Source: a bacterium (lineage in GTDB: Bacteria > Zhuqueibacterota > Zhuqueibacteria > Oceanimicrobiales > Oceanimicrobiaceae). Taken from it: 63,390 nt of DNA. The DNA is taken from NCBI GenBank assembly GCA_037446635.1, contig JBBIIG010000012.1, forward strand, positions 1 to 63,390, written 5' to 3'. The translations under genes and the position numbers were made by a program. Shown here piece after piece: positions 18,184 to 28,729 of the stretch. How positions within the stretch are numbered: the first letter of the stretch is position 1; every line of letters starts with the position of its first letter. Below the pieces are notes generated by a model, which ran no database searches, was not told where the DNA came from, and saw only the letters and a list, made by a program, of their open reading frames with translations.

Positions 18184-19023
18184 ATGCCATATACACTCGG
18201 TTTAGACCTAGGCTCAACCTACACCAAAGCCGTCATTTTAAATGAAGAGAACCAAATCATCGGTCGTGAGATGGCCGCCACCGGTTCGAAGCTCAGTGAA
18301 GTAGCCAAACAAGTTTCGGAGAGCGCAGCAGCACAGGCAGGGCTGACACTCAACGACATTTCGTATGTCATCACCACTGGCTACGGCCGCCACCTCGTCC
18401 CCTTCCGCGACCTGCAGGTGACCGATCTCACCGCCACCGCTCGCGGCGCGCAGTTCCTGTTTCCCGGCACGCGCACCGTGCTGGACATCGGCGGGCAAAC
18501 CATGAAAGCCAGCCGCCTCGATGAACGCGCCAAAGTCGCGACCTTTCGCCTTAACGACAAATGCGCCTCCGGCACCGGCGCGTTCCTCGAAAAGACCGCC
18601 CGCTACATGGGTTACACTACCAGCGACATCGGTCCCCTGCTGTCACTCTCAAAAGAGCAGGTTGCCATCTCCGGAGTGTGCGCTGTATTTGCGGAATCGG
18701 AGGTCATCAGTCATCTGTCCGAAGGAGTGCCGCCGGAGGATATCATGTACGGTGCCATCCTCTCCCTCACCGACCGCTCGGTGCAATTGATGAAGCGCAT
18801 CAACTCCGAGCCGGAATACACGTTGGTGGGCGGCATCCTGCGCTGGCAAAAAATGGCGGAGGTGATTCGCGACCGCCTGCCTGCCGGCGCAGGTCGGCAA
18901 ACCCAAGTGAACGTCCCGCCCGATGATCTGCCGCAATTTACCGCGGCGCTGGGGTGCGCGCTGTTGGGGCACGTTCGGCTGCGCAAACTGCAGGGGGAAA
19001 TATCTTCGAGTGAGTTTCATTAG
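18184..19023 (+). CDS. BadF/BadG/BcrA/BcrD-family ATPase activator subunit 2 (divergent)
   Basis: [29 protein letters not shown] and [10 protein letters not shown] motifs. Confidence 0.88.
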   Translation: MPYTLGLDLGSTYTKAVILNEENQIIGREMAATGSKLSEVAKQVSESAAAQAGLTLNDISYVITTGYGRHLVPFRDLQVTDLTATARGAQFLFPGTRTVLDIGGQTMKASRLDERAKVATFRLNDKCASGTGAFLEKTARYMGYTTSDIGPLLSLSKEQVAISGVCAVFAESEVISHLSEGVPPEDIMYGAILSLTDRSVQLMKRINSEPEYTLVGGILRWQKMAEVIRDRLPAGAGRQTQVNVPPDDLPQFTAALGCALLGHVRLRKLQGEISSSEFH

Positions 19024-19094
19024 AGTTTGATGAGGGTACACCTTAGCTTTTAACAAAGGTAAAATCAATTAAATTACTAAGCAAAGGACAAACT

Positions 19095-19700
19095 ATGAAA
19101 GCCACCGACATACTCTACGAAGAACATCGCATCATCATGGCGGTGTTGGCGTGTCTGCAAAAAATAGTAGAACAAGCGCAAAGCAGCGGCAAACTCAAAA
19201 TGAATTCCGCAAACCGCGCCCTCGACTTTTTCAAAAATTTTGCCGATGGCTGTCACCACGCCAAAGAAGAAGACCGGCTCTTTGTGGTGATGGAAGAACG
19301 CGGCATTCCGCGCGAAGGCGGCCCCATCGGCGTGATGCTTTTCGAGCATGATGGGGGCCGCGATTTGGTTCGGGGCATGGCGCAGTGCGTTGAGAAAGCG
19401 GCGCAAGGAGACGCGGCCGCCCTGCAGCAATTTGCCGGGCACGCCCGCGATTTCATCGCGCTCCTCAGCAATCATATCGCCAAAGAGGATCAGGTGCTGT
19501 TTCCCATGGCCGATCAGGTGTTAGATGACGACGCCGCGGATCAACTGTTATCCGATTTCAAACATATCGAGTCGATGGCCGGCGGCGAGCGTCACTGGGA
19601 GTACATTGCAGTAGCAAAACAACTTTGCGATGAATACGGCGTCGCGTTTGTAGAAGACTCCCAGCTCCGAACCCTGAATGCCGAATTTTTGAATAGATAA
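19095..19700 (+). CDS. Hemerythrin/HHE cation-binding domain protein
   Basis: EEHR, HHAKEE, EHD and HIAKED motifs. Confidence 0.87.
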   Translation: MKATDILYEEHRIIMAVLACLQKIVEQAQSSGKLKMNSANRALDFFKNFADGCHHAKEEDRLFVVMEERGIPREGGPIGVMLFEHDGGRDLVRGMAQCVEKAAQGDAAALQQFAGHARDFIALLSNHIAKEDQVLFPMADQVLDDDAADQLLSDFKHIESMAGGERHWEYIAVAKQLCDEYGVAFVEDSQLRTLNAEFLNR

Positions 19701-19715
19701 TGGATTGCGCAAGCC

Positions 19716-20045
19716 ATGCTTGCGCCGCACTTTGAAAATATGGATGACAAAATATCCCGCACCAACGTTGCGCTGAATCTAATTTCAGAGCAATGTAAAA
19801 TTGAACACGAGGGCTTCTGGGGATGCACGCTGCCGCCCGACGCAAAATTGATTGCCGAGGGCTGGGAACGGCGGTTCATCGCCGATGAGCGGATGGCGCG
19901 TGACGCCATCGCCACGTACTCTGAGCTGGGTTATGAAGTGCGGCTCGAAGCGGTCAACACCGGCAGCCTGCCAGAAGAATGCGGCGGCTGCAAATCCCGC
20001 TTCGCACAATTCAGCGCGGTTTACACGCGAAAGAAATTTGTTTGA
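19716..20045 (+). CDS. Small hypothetical protein with CxxC
   Basis: GWERRF...YSELGYEVRLE...EECGGC...VYTRK; closely follows the hemerythrin gene. Confidence 0.7.
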   Translation: MLAPHFENMDDKISRTNVALNLISEQCKIEHEGFWGCTLPPDAKLIAEGWERRFIADERMARDAIATYSELGYEVRLEAVNTGSLPEECGGCKSRFAQFSAVYTRKKFV

Positions 20046-20065
20046 TTTAGCAGGGGAATTTCTGC

Positions 20066-20094
20066 TTGACATTCGTTCAAATTATCGTTATTTT
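20066..20094 (+). promoter_or_regulatory. sigma70-type promoter of gap
   Basis: TTGACA-17 nt-TATTTT. Confidence 0.65.
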
Positions 20095-20142
20095 AGCACC
20101 GTTTTTTGGACGGAGCCCCTGGAGTATCCTTTCCACATTTAA

Positions 20143-21189
<1,047 letters not shown>

Positions 21190-21218
21190 GTAGAGAACGC
21201 ATACTATGCGTTCTCTAC
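21190..21218. repeat. GTAG-type REP palindrome, copy 1
   Basis: gtagagaacgcata-c-tatgcgttctctac. Confidence 0.88.
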
Positions 21219-21370
21219 GTGGAACCTTTGAAAAGTGGATTTTTAAACTTCGTGTACTTCGTGGTTGAATACGTGCTTTTGTGATTTTTACAATAGTTTT
21301 GCAAGTTAATGAAACGCCGAATAAAACCGAAACCACCGAGTGTTTTTCGGTGTGAAATAAAAAGGACACG

Positions 21371-22147
21371 ATGAAAAAACGCAGGATGATTATTGGCGGC
21401 AACTGGAAGATGTACAAAACGCCCAGTGAAGCCGTGCAAGCGGTGAATGCTTTGAAGGTAAAGCTGGTTAATGTGAAGGAAGTGGAAGTTGTGGTGTGTC
21501 CGCCCTTTACGGACCTCGTGCCGGTGCACGAAGTTTTGAAAGGCACGCGTATCAAATTGGGCGGACAGAATCTGCATTGGCAGGATGAAGGCGCGTTCAC
21601 CGGCGAGATTTCCGCGCAGATGTTGAAAGACGCCGGCTGCGAATACGTGATTGTCGGCCACTCGGAACGCCGGCATATTTTCGGCGAGAAAGACGCGGAC
21701 ATCAACAAAAAAGTGCGCAAGGCCATCGATGCCGGACTGATTCCCATTTTCTGCGTCGGCGAAAAAATCGAAGAGCGGCGCGCCGGCCAAACGCAAAAGG
21801 TAGTTGAAGAGCAGGTGCACGCTGGACTTGCTGAAGTTAAATTGGCCAACGCCGGTCAACTGGTGATTGCTTACGAGCCGGTGTGGGCCATCGGCACCGG
21901 TGAGAACGCTACGCCGGAACAGGCGGAGGAAGTTCATGTGATGATCCGTCGCCGGCTGAATGAGTGGTACGGCGCGGAACTGGGAAATCAGATTCGCATT
22001 CAATACGGCGGCAGCGTCAAACCGGCGAACGCCGAGGAGTTGCTGGCCAAAGAAAACATCGACGGCGCGCTGGTGGGCGGCGCCAGTCTCGAAGCTGAAA
22101 GTTTTGCGGCGATTATTAAATCAGCTGAAAAAGTAGGGAACGCATAG
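21371..22147 (+). CDS. tpiA: Triosephosphate isomerase
   Basis: GNWKM, GHSERR, AYEPVWAIGTG and YGGSV motifs. Confidence 0.98.
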   Translation: MKKRRMIIGGNWKMYKTPSEAVQAVNALKVKLVNVKEVEVVVCPPFTDLVPVHEVLKGTRIKLGGQNLHWQDEGAFTGEISAQMLKDAGCEYVIVGHSERRHIFGEKDADINKKVRKAIDAGLIPIFCVGEKIEERRAGQTQKVVEEQVHAGLAEVKLANAGQLVIAYEPVWAIGTGENATPEQAEEVHVMIRRRLNEWYGAELGNQIRIQYGGSVKPANAEELLAKENIDGALVGGASLEAESFAAIIKSAEKVGNA

Positions 22148-22161
22148 TATGCGTTCCCTAC
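22133..22161. repeat. GTAG-type REP palindrome, copy 2 (overlaps the tpiA stop)
   Basis: gtagggaacgcata-g-tatgcgttccctac. Confidence 0.88.
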
Positions 22162-22234
22162 GTGGAACGTTTGTAAATTGGTTTTTTACAATAATCAAAT
22201 TGTTATTTAGATTTACAACAACCGGAAGGAGAAT

Positions 22235-22612
22235 ATGTACACGTTTTTGATTATCGTGTATTTGCTCATTTGCATCGCATTAACGATTGTGATTCTGTTG
22301 CAGTCCAGCAAGGGCGGCGGATTGGCCGGCGCGTTTGGCGGAGGAGGCGGCATGGGGGCGGTGTTTGGCGGCCGCGGCGCCGCGACCTTTTTGAGCCGGG
22401 TCACCACGGGCTTGGCCGTTGCTTTTTTATTGGTCGCGCTAACGTTATCTTTTTTTAAACAAGGCGCGCTCGGCGAGAGCGGGGGGGTGGTGCAAAAAGA
22501 GCGGGAGAAAAGAAGCTCGGCAGCGTCGGGTCTCCCCTTACCCAAAAATTCTCCCGATTTATTGCCTTTAAGTTCCGAGCCGTTGCCAAGCAGTTCGGAT
22601 AGCGCAAAATAA
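22235..22612 (+). CDS. secG: Preprotein translocase subunit SecG
   Basis: [17 protein letters not shown] and two TM helices; tpiA-secG-tRNA-Leu synteny. Confidence 0.95.
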   Translation: MYTFLIIVYLLICIALTIVILLQSSKGGGLAGAFGGGGGMGAVFGGRGAATFLSRVTTGLAVAFLLVALTLSFFKQGALGESGGVVQKEREKRSSAASGLPLPKNSPDLLPLSSEPLPSSSDSAK

Positions 22613-22619
22613 AAAATCA

Positions 22620-22705
<86 letters not shown>

Positions 22706-22804
22706 CTGGAAATAAAGGGTCGCATACGCTGACTTATTAATGGACAGGGACGATCATTAGTAAGTAACGATGGATTTTGAGTAACTAAATCTGGGAGGGT
22801 TTCA

Positions 22805-23845
22805 ATGAGACGAGTAATTAACTTGAAAGGTCTGATGGGAGTTATTTTATGTCTGCTGCTGAGCGTCGCAGTTGGTTTCGGCCAGGATTTGACGCAGCAG
22901 AAACAGCAGAAGCTCAATCAAGTCAATGAAATCGACGCGAAACTCAAAGCCAATCCAACTGCCGATGAGTATGAAAGCCTCATTAAACAGCGCGAAAAAC
23001 TGGTCGCTGAAATCAAGGATATTGATTCCAAGTTGATGGCCGATACCGAGGCCATGAAAAAAATCAATGCCGTCAAGAAGGCCTTCAACGATGGCAACAA
23101 CGCCTACAAATTAGGGCAAAACCAGCAAGCGCTGGATTTCTACAATTCGGCGTTATCTCTGGACTCAACCTTTTTCAAAGCGAACTACGGTAAAGGCCTG
23201 ACGCTGAAACGTCTGCGCCGGTATGACGAAGCCATCGCAGCGTATCAAGCCGCCATTCGTCACAACCCGTCATATACCGACGCCTACGTGGCCCTGGGAA
23301 AAATTTACAGTGAAACCGGCAAGCCCGATCTGGCCATCCAAACTTATCAAAAGGCCATTCAAAACGATCCCCGCGATCCAAAAGCCCACTATGAATTGGG
23401 CGCAGTTTATCTGGATGCCAAACGGGATTACAACAAGGCCGCCGAAAATTTTACGAAGGCCACCCAACTCGACCCCCAATACGACCTGGCGTTTTACAGC
23501 CTCGGCGTCGCTTTGACGGAGCTCGGCCGCCTGGACGAGGCGGAGATGGCTTTGGAAAATGCGTTGGCCGTTACTAACCGCAAAAAATGGGCTGATCCCC
23601 ATTACCGGCTTGCGGTTGTCTTAAATAAAAAGGGTGATTTTGCTGATGCCAGAAAAGCGGCGGATGAAGCCTTGCTGCAAAAACCTGGCTATGCTCCTGC
23701 TGCCTATGAAGCCGGCAAGGCATGCAAAGCATTAGGACAAATTTCCCAGGCCATCACCTATTTTGAACTGGCGGGCCGCGATCGCGCGTGGAAACAAGCA
23801 TCGGACTACGAAATCAATCTGCTCAAAGAGCAGGGCAACAATTAG
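22805..23845 (+). CDS. Secreted tetratricopeptide repeat protein
   Basis: Signal peptide, coiled coil and multiple TPR motifs. Confidence 0.85.
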   Translation: MRRVINLKGLMGVILCLLLSVAVGFGQDLTQQKQQKLNQVNEIDAKLKANPTADEYESLIKQREKLVAEIKDIDSKLMADTEAMKKINAVKKAFNDGNNAYKLGQNQQALDFYNSALSLDSTFFKANYGKGLTLKRLRRYDEAIAAYQAAIRHNPSYTDAYVALGKIYSETGKPDLAIQTYQKAIQNDPRDPKAHYELGAVYLDAKRDYNKAAENFTKATQLDPQYDLAFYSLGVALTELGRLDEAEMALENALAVTNRKKWADPHYRLAVVLNKKGDFADARKAADEALLQKPGYAPAAYEAGKACKALGQISQAITYFELAGRDRAWKQASDYEINLLKEQGNN

Positions 23846-23865
23846 TCACTGAACTTAAACATCAT

Positions 23866-23900
23866 GAACACCCTTCCGCGCAGCGGATGGGTGTTTTTTA
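23866..23900 (+). terminator. Intrinsic terminator
   Basis: aacacccttccgc-gca-gcggatgggtgtt followed by a T run. Confidence 0.75.
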
Positions 23901-23985
23901 TTTGCGAAGGTCAAAGACTTTCTGGGCTCATGATTTTTTCAGGCCCGATGTTTTTTGAGAACCCGTGGGGCTCTACCCTAACGAG

Positions 23986-25677
23986 ATGAACAAACCCTGG
24001 CTCAAATTCTACGAGGCGGGGGTTCCGGATACCATCGCCATTCCCAATACCACCCTCGTCGATCTGTTCAACGAAGCCGTGAGCGAACGGCCGCAGGCCA
24101 TAGCTGTTTCATTTTTCGGCGCGCGCATGACCTACCGCGAGCTAGGCCGGTGCGTGGATCAACTCGCCCTCACTTTCCAGCGGCTCGGCGTCAAGCCCGG
24201 CGACCGCGTGGCCATCGTGCTGCCGAACATTCCGCAATATGCCATCGCTCATTTCGCGGCTTTGAAGATCGGGGCGATTCTGGTTCCCACCAACCCCCTT
24301 TACGTCGAGCGCGAGCTCAAGCATCAATTCAACGACAGCGGCGCCGAAACCGCCGTCGTGCTTGACTTCCTTTATCCCAGGGTGGAAAAAATAAAAAGCG
24401 AGACCAGCCTGCGGAATATTATTCTCACCAGCATTCGCGAATTTTTGCCGCCGTTTTTGAAGCTGCTTTATCCTATCAAAGCCAAACGCGAAGGCCGATG
24501 GCTCAAAATCCCTCGTGCGCCGGGGCTGCATTTTTTTTCCGAAATTATGAGCGAAACATTTCCCACCGCCCTGTCGCCGGCGGCCGTGAAATTGGAAGAC
24601 ACGGCGATGTTTTTATACACCGGCGGCACCACCGGCATCTCCAAGGGCGCTATTTTATCCCACCGCAATTTGGTCGCCAATGTCTTGCAAGTTCGCAGTT
24701 GGTTCACCCAATGCCGCGAAGGCGAGGAGGTGCTGCTGTGCGCGCTGCCGTTTTTCCACAGCTACGGGCTGACCACCGGCCTGCACCTGGCGGTGAAAAT
24801 CAAATCGACGATGGTGCTGGTTCCCAACCCGCGCGATATTCCGTTGATCTTGAAAACCATCGAAAAAACTCGGGCGACGATGTTTTCCGGCGTGCCAACC
24901 CTCTACGTTGCCATCAACAATTTTCCGGAGATTGCGAAATACGATATTTCCTCAATTAAGGGCTGCGTCAGCGGCAGCGCGCCGCTGCCGGTGGAAGTGG
25001 CCAAAAAATTTGAAGCCATCACCGGCGGCAAGTTGGTGGAGGGGTACGGCTTGTCTGAGGCCTCGCCGGTGACGCACGTCAACCCCATGAATGGGCTGCG
25101 CAAGGAAGGCGCCATCGGGCTACCGGCGCCCAGCACCGACGCGATGATCGTCGATCCCGAGACGCGCGCCCCGCTGCCGATCGGCGAGGTGGGAGAATTG
25201 GCGGTGCGCGGGCCGCAGGTGATGCAGGGCTACTGGCGCCTGCCGCAGGAAACGGAAAAGGTGCTGCGGGACGGCTGGCTCTTTACTGGCGACATGGCGA
25301 AGATGGACAGCGACGGCTATTTTTACATCGTCGATCGCAAGAAGGATATGATCATCGCTGGCGGCTTCAATATTTTCCCGCGCGAAATCGAAGAGGTGTT
25401 GTACGAGCATCCGAAAATTTTGGAGGCGGCGGTGATCGGCGCTCCCGATGAATATCGCGGCGAAACCGTCAAAGCCTTCATCGTTTGCAAAAAAAACGAG
25501 ACGCTGACCCCGGAGGAAGTCGTTCAGTTCTGCCGCCAGCGTCTGGCATCCTTCAAAGTTCCCAGGTTGATTGAGTTTCGGGAGACGCTGCCGAAAACTA
25601 ATATAGGCAAAATTTTGAAACGAGCCTTGTTGGAGGAAGAAAGAAGACGAAGGGGGAACGCCGGCGTGGTCGGCTGA
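23986..25677 (+). CDS. Long-chain fatty acid--CoA ligase (FadD/LcfA-like)
   Basis: YTGGTTGISKG, EGYGLSE, TGD and DRKKDMI motifs. Confidence 0.92.
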   Translation: MNKPWLKFYEAGVPDTIAIPNTTLVDLFNEAVSERPQAIAVSFFGARMTYRELGRCVDQLALTFQRLGVKPGDRVAIVLPNIPQYAIAHFAALKIGAILVPTNPLYVERELKHQFNDSGAETAVVLDFLYPRVEKIKSETSLRNIILTSIREFLPPFLKLLYPIKAKREGRWLKIPRAPGLHFFSEIMSETFPTALSPAAVKLEDTAMFLYTGGTTGISKGAILSHRNLVANVLQVRSWFTQCREGEEVLLCALPFFHSYGLTTGLHLAVKIKSTMVLVPNPRDIPLILKTIEKTRATMFSGVPTLYVAINNFPEIAKYDISSIKGCVSGSAPLPVEVAKKFEAITGGKLVEGYGLSEASPVTHVNPMNGLRKEGAIGLPAPSTDAMIVDPETRAPLPIGEVGELAVRGPQVMQGYWRLPQETEKVLRDGWLFTGDMAKMDSDGYFYIVDRKKDMIIAGGFNIFPREIEEVLYEHPKILEAAVIGAPDEYRGETVKAFIVCKKNETLTPEEVVQFCRQRLASFKVPRLIEFRETLPKTNIGKILKRALLEEERRRRGNAGVVG

Positions 25678-25750
25678 TGCGAAGATATCGTTCGCGCTTT
25701 TTGTCAATTCAATCCTTGTGAATTTATATTTAGTTAGTTGAGAAAACATT

Positions 25751-26713
25751 ATGTCCCAGCCCCGTTTAGTTGTTGAGCGAATTGCCGGTGATGATAGCAC
25801 GGTGCGCATTCCGTTGTCGCAAAGCGATGACGTCTCCAATCTGATTTCCTCGTTGATGGAAACCCTGGAAGCTTGCTTTAAAAATGGACAATTCCAGTTC
25901 ATCATTGATTTGAAGAACCTGCCTTACCCCTCGGCCAGCCTGATTGCCGCGTTGATCGAGGCCACGGCGCGCGCTCGCCGCTTGAACGGCGAGGTGGTGA
26001 TTGTCAACGCCAGCCGCACCGCCAAAAATAATCTCACCACCTTCTCGGCGTTGAGTTATCTCACCGTCGATGGCGATGCCAGCAGCGCACTCGCAAAGGG
26101 GCAAGTGGAGGCGCCGGGTGCGGCGGTCGAGCCGGCTGCCGAAACCTCCGAAAAGCAGGAGGCGATGAAAATGGCGACCAAGCCGTTACTGCCCGAGGCG
26201 CCGCTTTTGCGGGAAGACATCAGTGATCCTCCCATCGTGGGAAAATTCGAAGAAGCGTTCGACGAGCTGGTCGTCGAAGGAGATAGCGATGCCAAGCAAC
26301 TGCGGGTTCAGAGTCTTCCCCAGAATCTCTACAGAATATGTGATTTTGTAACGGCGCACGCGCAGAGAGTGGGCTTCGATTCCAAAGAAATTGGCAAAAC
26401 GAAAATCGCAGTTTACGAAGCGTGTTTGAACGTGATCGAGCACGCCTATCATTCCAATCCGGACAACTGGATCGACGTCTCCGTGGATAATGATTCTCAC
26501 AAATTCACGATTGTTATTCAAGACTACGGGTTCGGATTTGAAGAATTCCGTTTCAAGGATTACGACGTGCTGTCCGCGATGGACTCCCGCAAAACCGGCG
26601 GCTTCGGGCTTTATATCATCCGCCGTTCGATGGATGAAGTCGAATATATACCGGACAAAGTTAAAGGCAACCGCCTCATCCTAACCAAATACCTCAATCA
26701 CATTCTGCGATAG
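25751..26713 (+). CDS. STAS (anti-anti-sigma) plus RsbW/SpoIIAB-like kinase fusion
   Basis: N-terminal STAS-like domain; C-terminal EACLNVIEHAY, DYGFG and GGFGLYII motifs. Confidence 0.8.
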   Translation: MSQPRLVVERIAGDDSTVRIPLSQSDDVSNLISSLMETLEACFKNGQFQFIIDLKNLPYPSASLIAALIEATARARRLNGEVVIVNASRTAKNNLTTFSALSYLTVDGDASSALAKGQVEAPGAAVEPAAETSEKQEAMKMATKPLLPEAPLLREDISDPPIVGKFEEAFDELVVEGDSDAKQLRVQSLPQNLYRICDFVTAHAQRVGFDSKEIGKTKIAVYEACLNVIEHAYHSNPDNWIDVSVDNDSHKFTIVIQDYGFGFEEFRFKDYDVLSAMDSRKTGGFGLYIIRRSMDEVEYIPDKVKGNRLILTKYLNHILR

Positions 26714-26715
26714 CT

Positions 26716-26919
26716 ATGCGCAAAACCCTTTCCGAAGAAATCAAAGAATTTCAGTTGCACAAAAAGAAACTGATCCCTATTTTGTTGGCCGCCGGATTGC
26801 TGGGGCTGGTTCTGCCGATTTTACCGGGAGCGGCCATTCTGTTTTTGGCGTTTGTGCTGCTCTTCCCAAAGGAAGGGGAAGCTCTCATTCAGCGAATCCG
26901 CGCCGCATTTAAAAAATAA
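26716..26919 (+). CDS. Small membrane protein
   Basis: GLLGLVLPILPG hydrophobic hairpin; operon spacing. Confidence 0.65.
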   Translation: MRKTLSEEIKEFQLHKKKLIPILLAAGLLGLVLPILPGAAILFLAFVLLFPKEGEALIQRIRAAFKK

Positions 26920-26939
26920 TCTCGTCATCGAGACAAAAG

Positions 26940-28445
26940 ATGCAACGTAAACCATCTCTGCGTTTCTTGATTTTGGCGGCGCTGGCTGCCGCCATTTTAA
27001 GCCTGCTGTTTGTGTTCGCTTTCAATTCCAGGCGGACGCCGGCGCGGGTTTCATTCACTCTGCCAGCGAAGCCGGCGCTCGTGTTGGGGTCGCAAGAGCC
27101 GGTAGCGGAGCGCGAGCAGAAGGCGCGCAACTTCAGCCAGGTGTTTGAGAAGATCGCCGAGGCGCTGGTGCCGACGGTGGTTTATATCAAAAGCACGCGC
27201 ACCATTTCCGCCGACGATTTCGAGCGCTTTCACGATCGCGAGGATTTGAGAGATTTTTTCCGCTTCCGCCTGCCGCAGGAATTCCGCCAGCTCGGAACTG
27301 GCTCCGGCATCATCGTCTCCAAAGAGGGGTATATTCTCACCAACGTTCATGTGGTGGAGAAATCGGATAAGATTCGCGTGGTTTTGAACGACAACCGCGA
27401 ATTCGACGGCGAAATTGTCGGCATGGATCCGTTGACGGAGGTGGCGGTGCTCAAAATCGCATCGGAGAATTTGCCAGTGGCTGAATTAGGAGACTCGGAC
27501 CAGTGCCGGGTTGGCGAGTGGGTGCTCTCCATTGGCAACCCCCTCGAGCTGCAGTCCACCGTCACCGCCGGCATCATCAGCGCCAAAGAGCGGCAAATCG
27601 ATATTTTGCGCAACCAATACAGCGTGGAAAGCTTCATTCAAACCGACGCCGCCATCAACCCAGGCAACAGCGGCGGCGCGCTGGTGAATCTGCGGGGCGA
27701 AGTCATCGGTATGAACACCGCCATCGCCACGGAGACCGGTTACAACTCCGGCTACGGTTTCGCCATCCCCATCAATCTTGCCCGTAAAATCATGACCGAC
27801 CTGATTCAGAAGGGTCGGGTGGAACGCGGCTACCTGGGCATCTCCATGCAGGATATCGACGAAAAGCGGGCACGAGCGCTGGCTTTGCCGCAGCCGATGG
27901 GCGTGTTTGTGGATCGAGTTTTAGAAGGCGGTCCGGCGGCGGCGGCCGGCCTGCGAGCAAAGGACGTCCTGCTTAAAATCAACAACCAGCCGGTGAACAA
28001 AAGCAACCAGGTGCAGGCCGTGGTGGCCAGGAAAAATCCCAACGAGACCGTGCAGCTCACCGTGCTGCGAAGGGGCCGTGAAATGGAAATCCCGGTGCGG
28101 CTGGGCCAGCGGGAAAACGAGTCGCTCGAAATCACGCGCCGAACCGCCTTCCACCAATACGAAGACCTGGGCATCACTTGCGAAACGTTCAGCCGCGAGC
28201 AGGCGCGGGAGATTGGCTACGTCGAAAATTTGGGGGTTCTGGTTACTAAAGTTGAAAGATTCAGCCCGGCCGACGACGCCGGCCTTCGGGAGCAAGATAT
28301 CATCATCGAGATCGATGATTTTCTTATCTATTCCAAATCTGAATTTCAGAAAGTAATTCGCAATCTCCCCACCGGTGCGGTAGCCATCTTCACCGTTGTC
28401 CGCGACGATGACCGCTTTCATATCTTCATTGAAAAACCTGACTAA
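26940..28445 (+). CDS. Do/DegQ-family serine protease with two PDZ domains
   Basis: TNVHVV and TDAAINPGNSGG motifs; PDZ domains. Confidence 0.93.
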   Translation: MQRKPSLRFLILAALAAAILSLLFVFAFNSRRTPARVSFTLPAKPALVLGSQEPVAEREQKARNFSQVFEKIAEALVPTVVYIKSTRTISADDFERFHDREDLRDFFRFRLPQEFRQLGTGSGIIVSKEGYILTNVHVVEKSDKIRVVLNDNREFDGEIVGMDPLTEVAVLKIASENLPVAELGDSDQCRVGEWVLSIGNPLELQSTVTAGIISAKERQIDILRNQYSVESFIQTDAAINPGNSGGALVNLRGEVIGMNTAIATETGYNSGYGFAIPINLARKIMTDLIQKGRVERGYLGISMQDIDEKRARALALPQPMGVFVDRVLEGGPAAAAGLRAKDVLLKINNQPVNKSNQVQAVVARKNPNETVQLTVLRRGREMEIPVRLGQRENESLEITRRTAFHQYEDLGITCETFSREQAREIGYVENLGVLVTKVERFSPADDAGLREQDIIIEIDDFLIYSKSEFQKVIRNLPTGAVAIFTVVRDDDRFHIFIEKPD

Positions 28446-28657
28446 TTTTTTTTAACCGCAAAGTTCGCTAAAGAACGCCAGGGCCGCCAGGAAAAGATTC
28501 ACTTAATTTAAGTCTCCCAGACTTTTTAATTTGCTTTTTGAAATTTAGAATTGGTCATTTGGATTGGTTTCGAAATTCGAGATTCGAATTTCGAGTTTTA
28601 GATTCATACGTTATCATATTTGCGACAGCGTGTCATGATTTTTTTGAACGCGCTGGC

Positions 28658-28672
28658 TGGCATATTGTTTGC
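28658..28672 (+). promoter_or_regulatory. sigma54 (-24/-12) promoter upstream of dnaJ
   Basis: TGGCATATTGTTTGC (GG-N10-GC). Confidence 0.75.
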
Positions 28673-28729
28673 GAAAAACAGGGGATGGATTTCTGTATGT
28701 CGTTACGTCAGACGAATACTTGAAATTGT

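Noticed and set aside
23986..25677. CoA ligase as the missing benzoate-CoA ligase
   Set aside because: Its motifs (YTGGTTG, EGYGLSE, KPWLKFY N-terminus) fit FadD/LcfA, and it lies outside the cluster.
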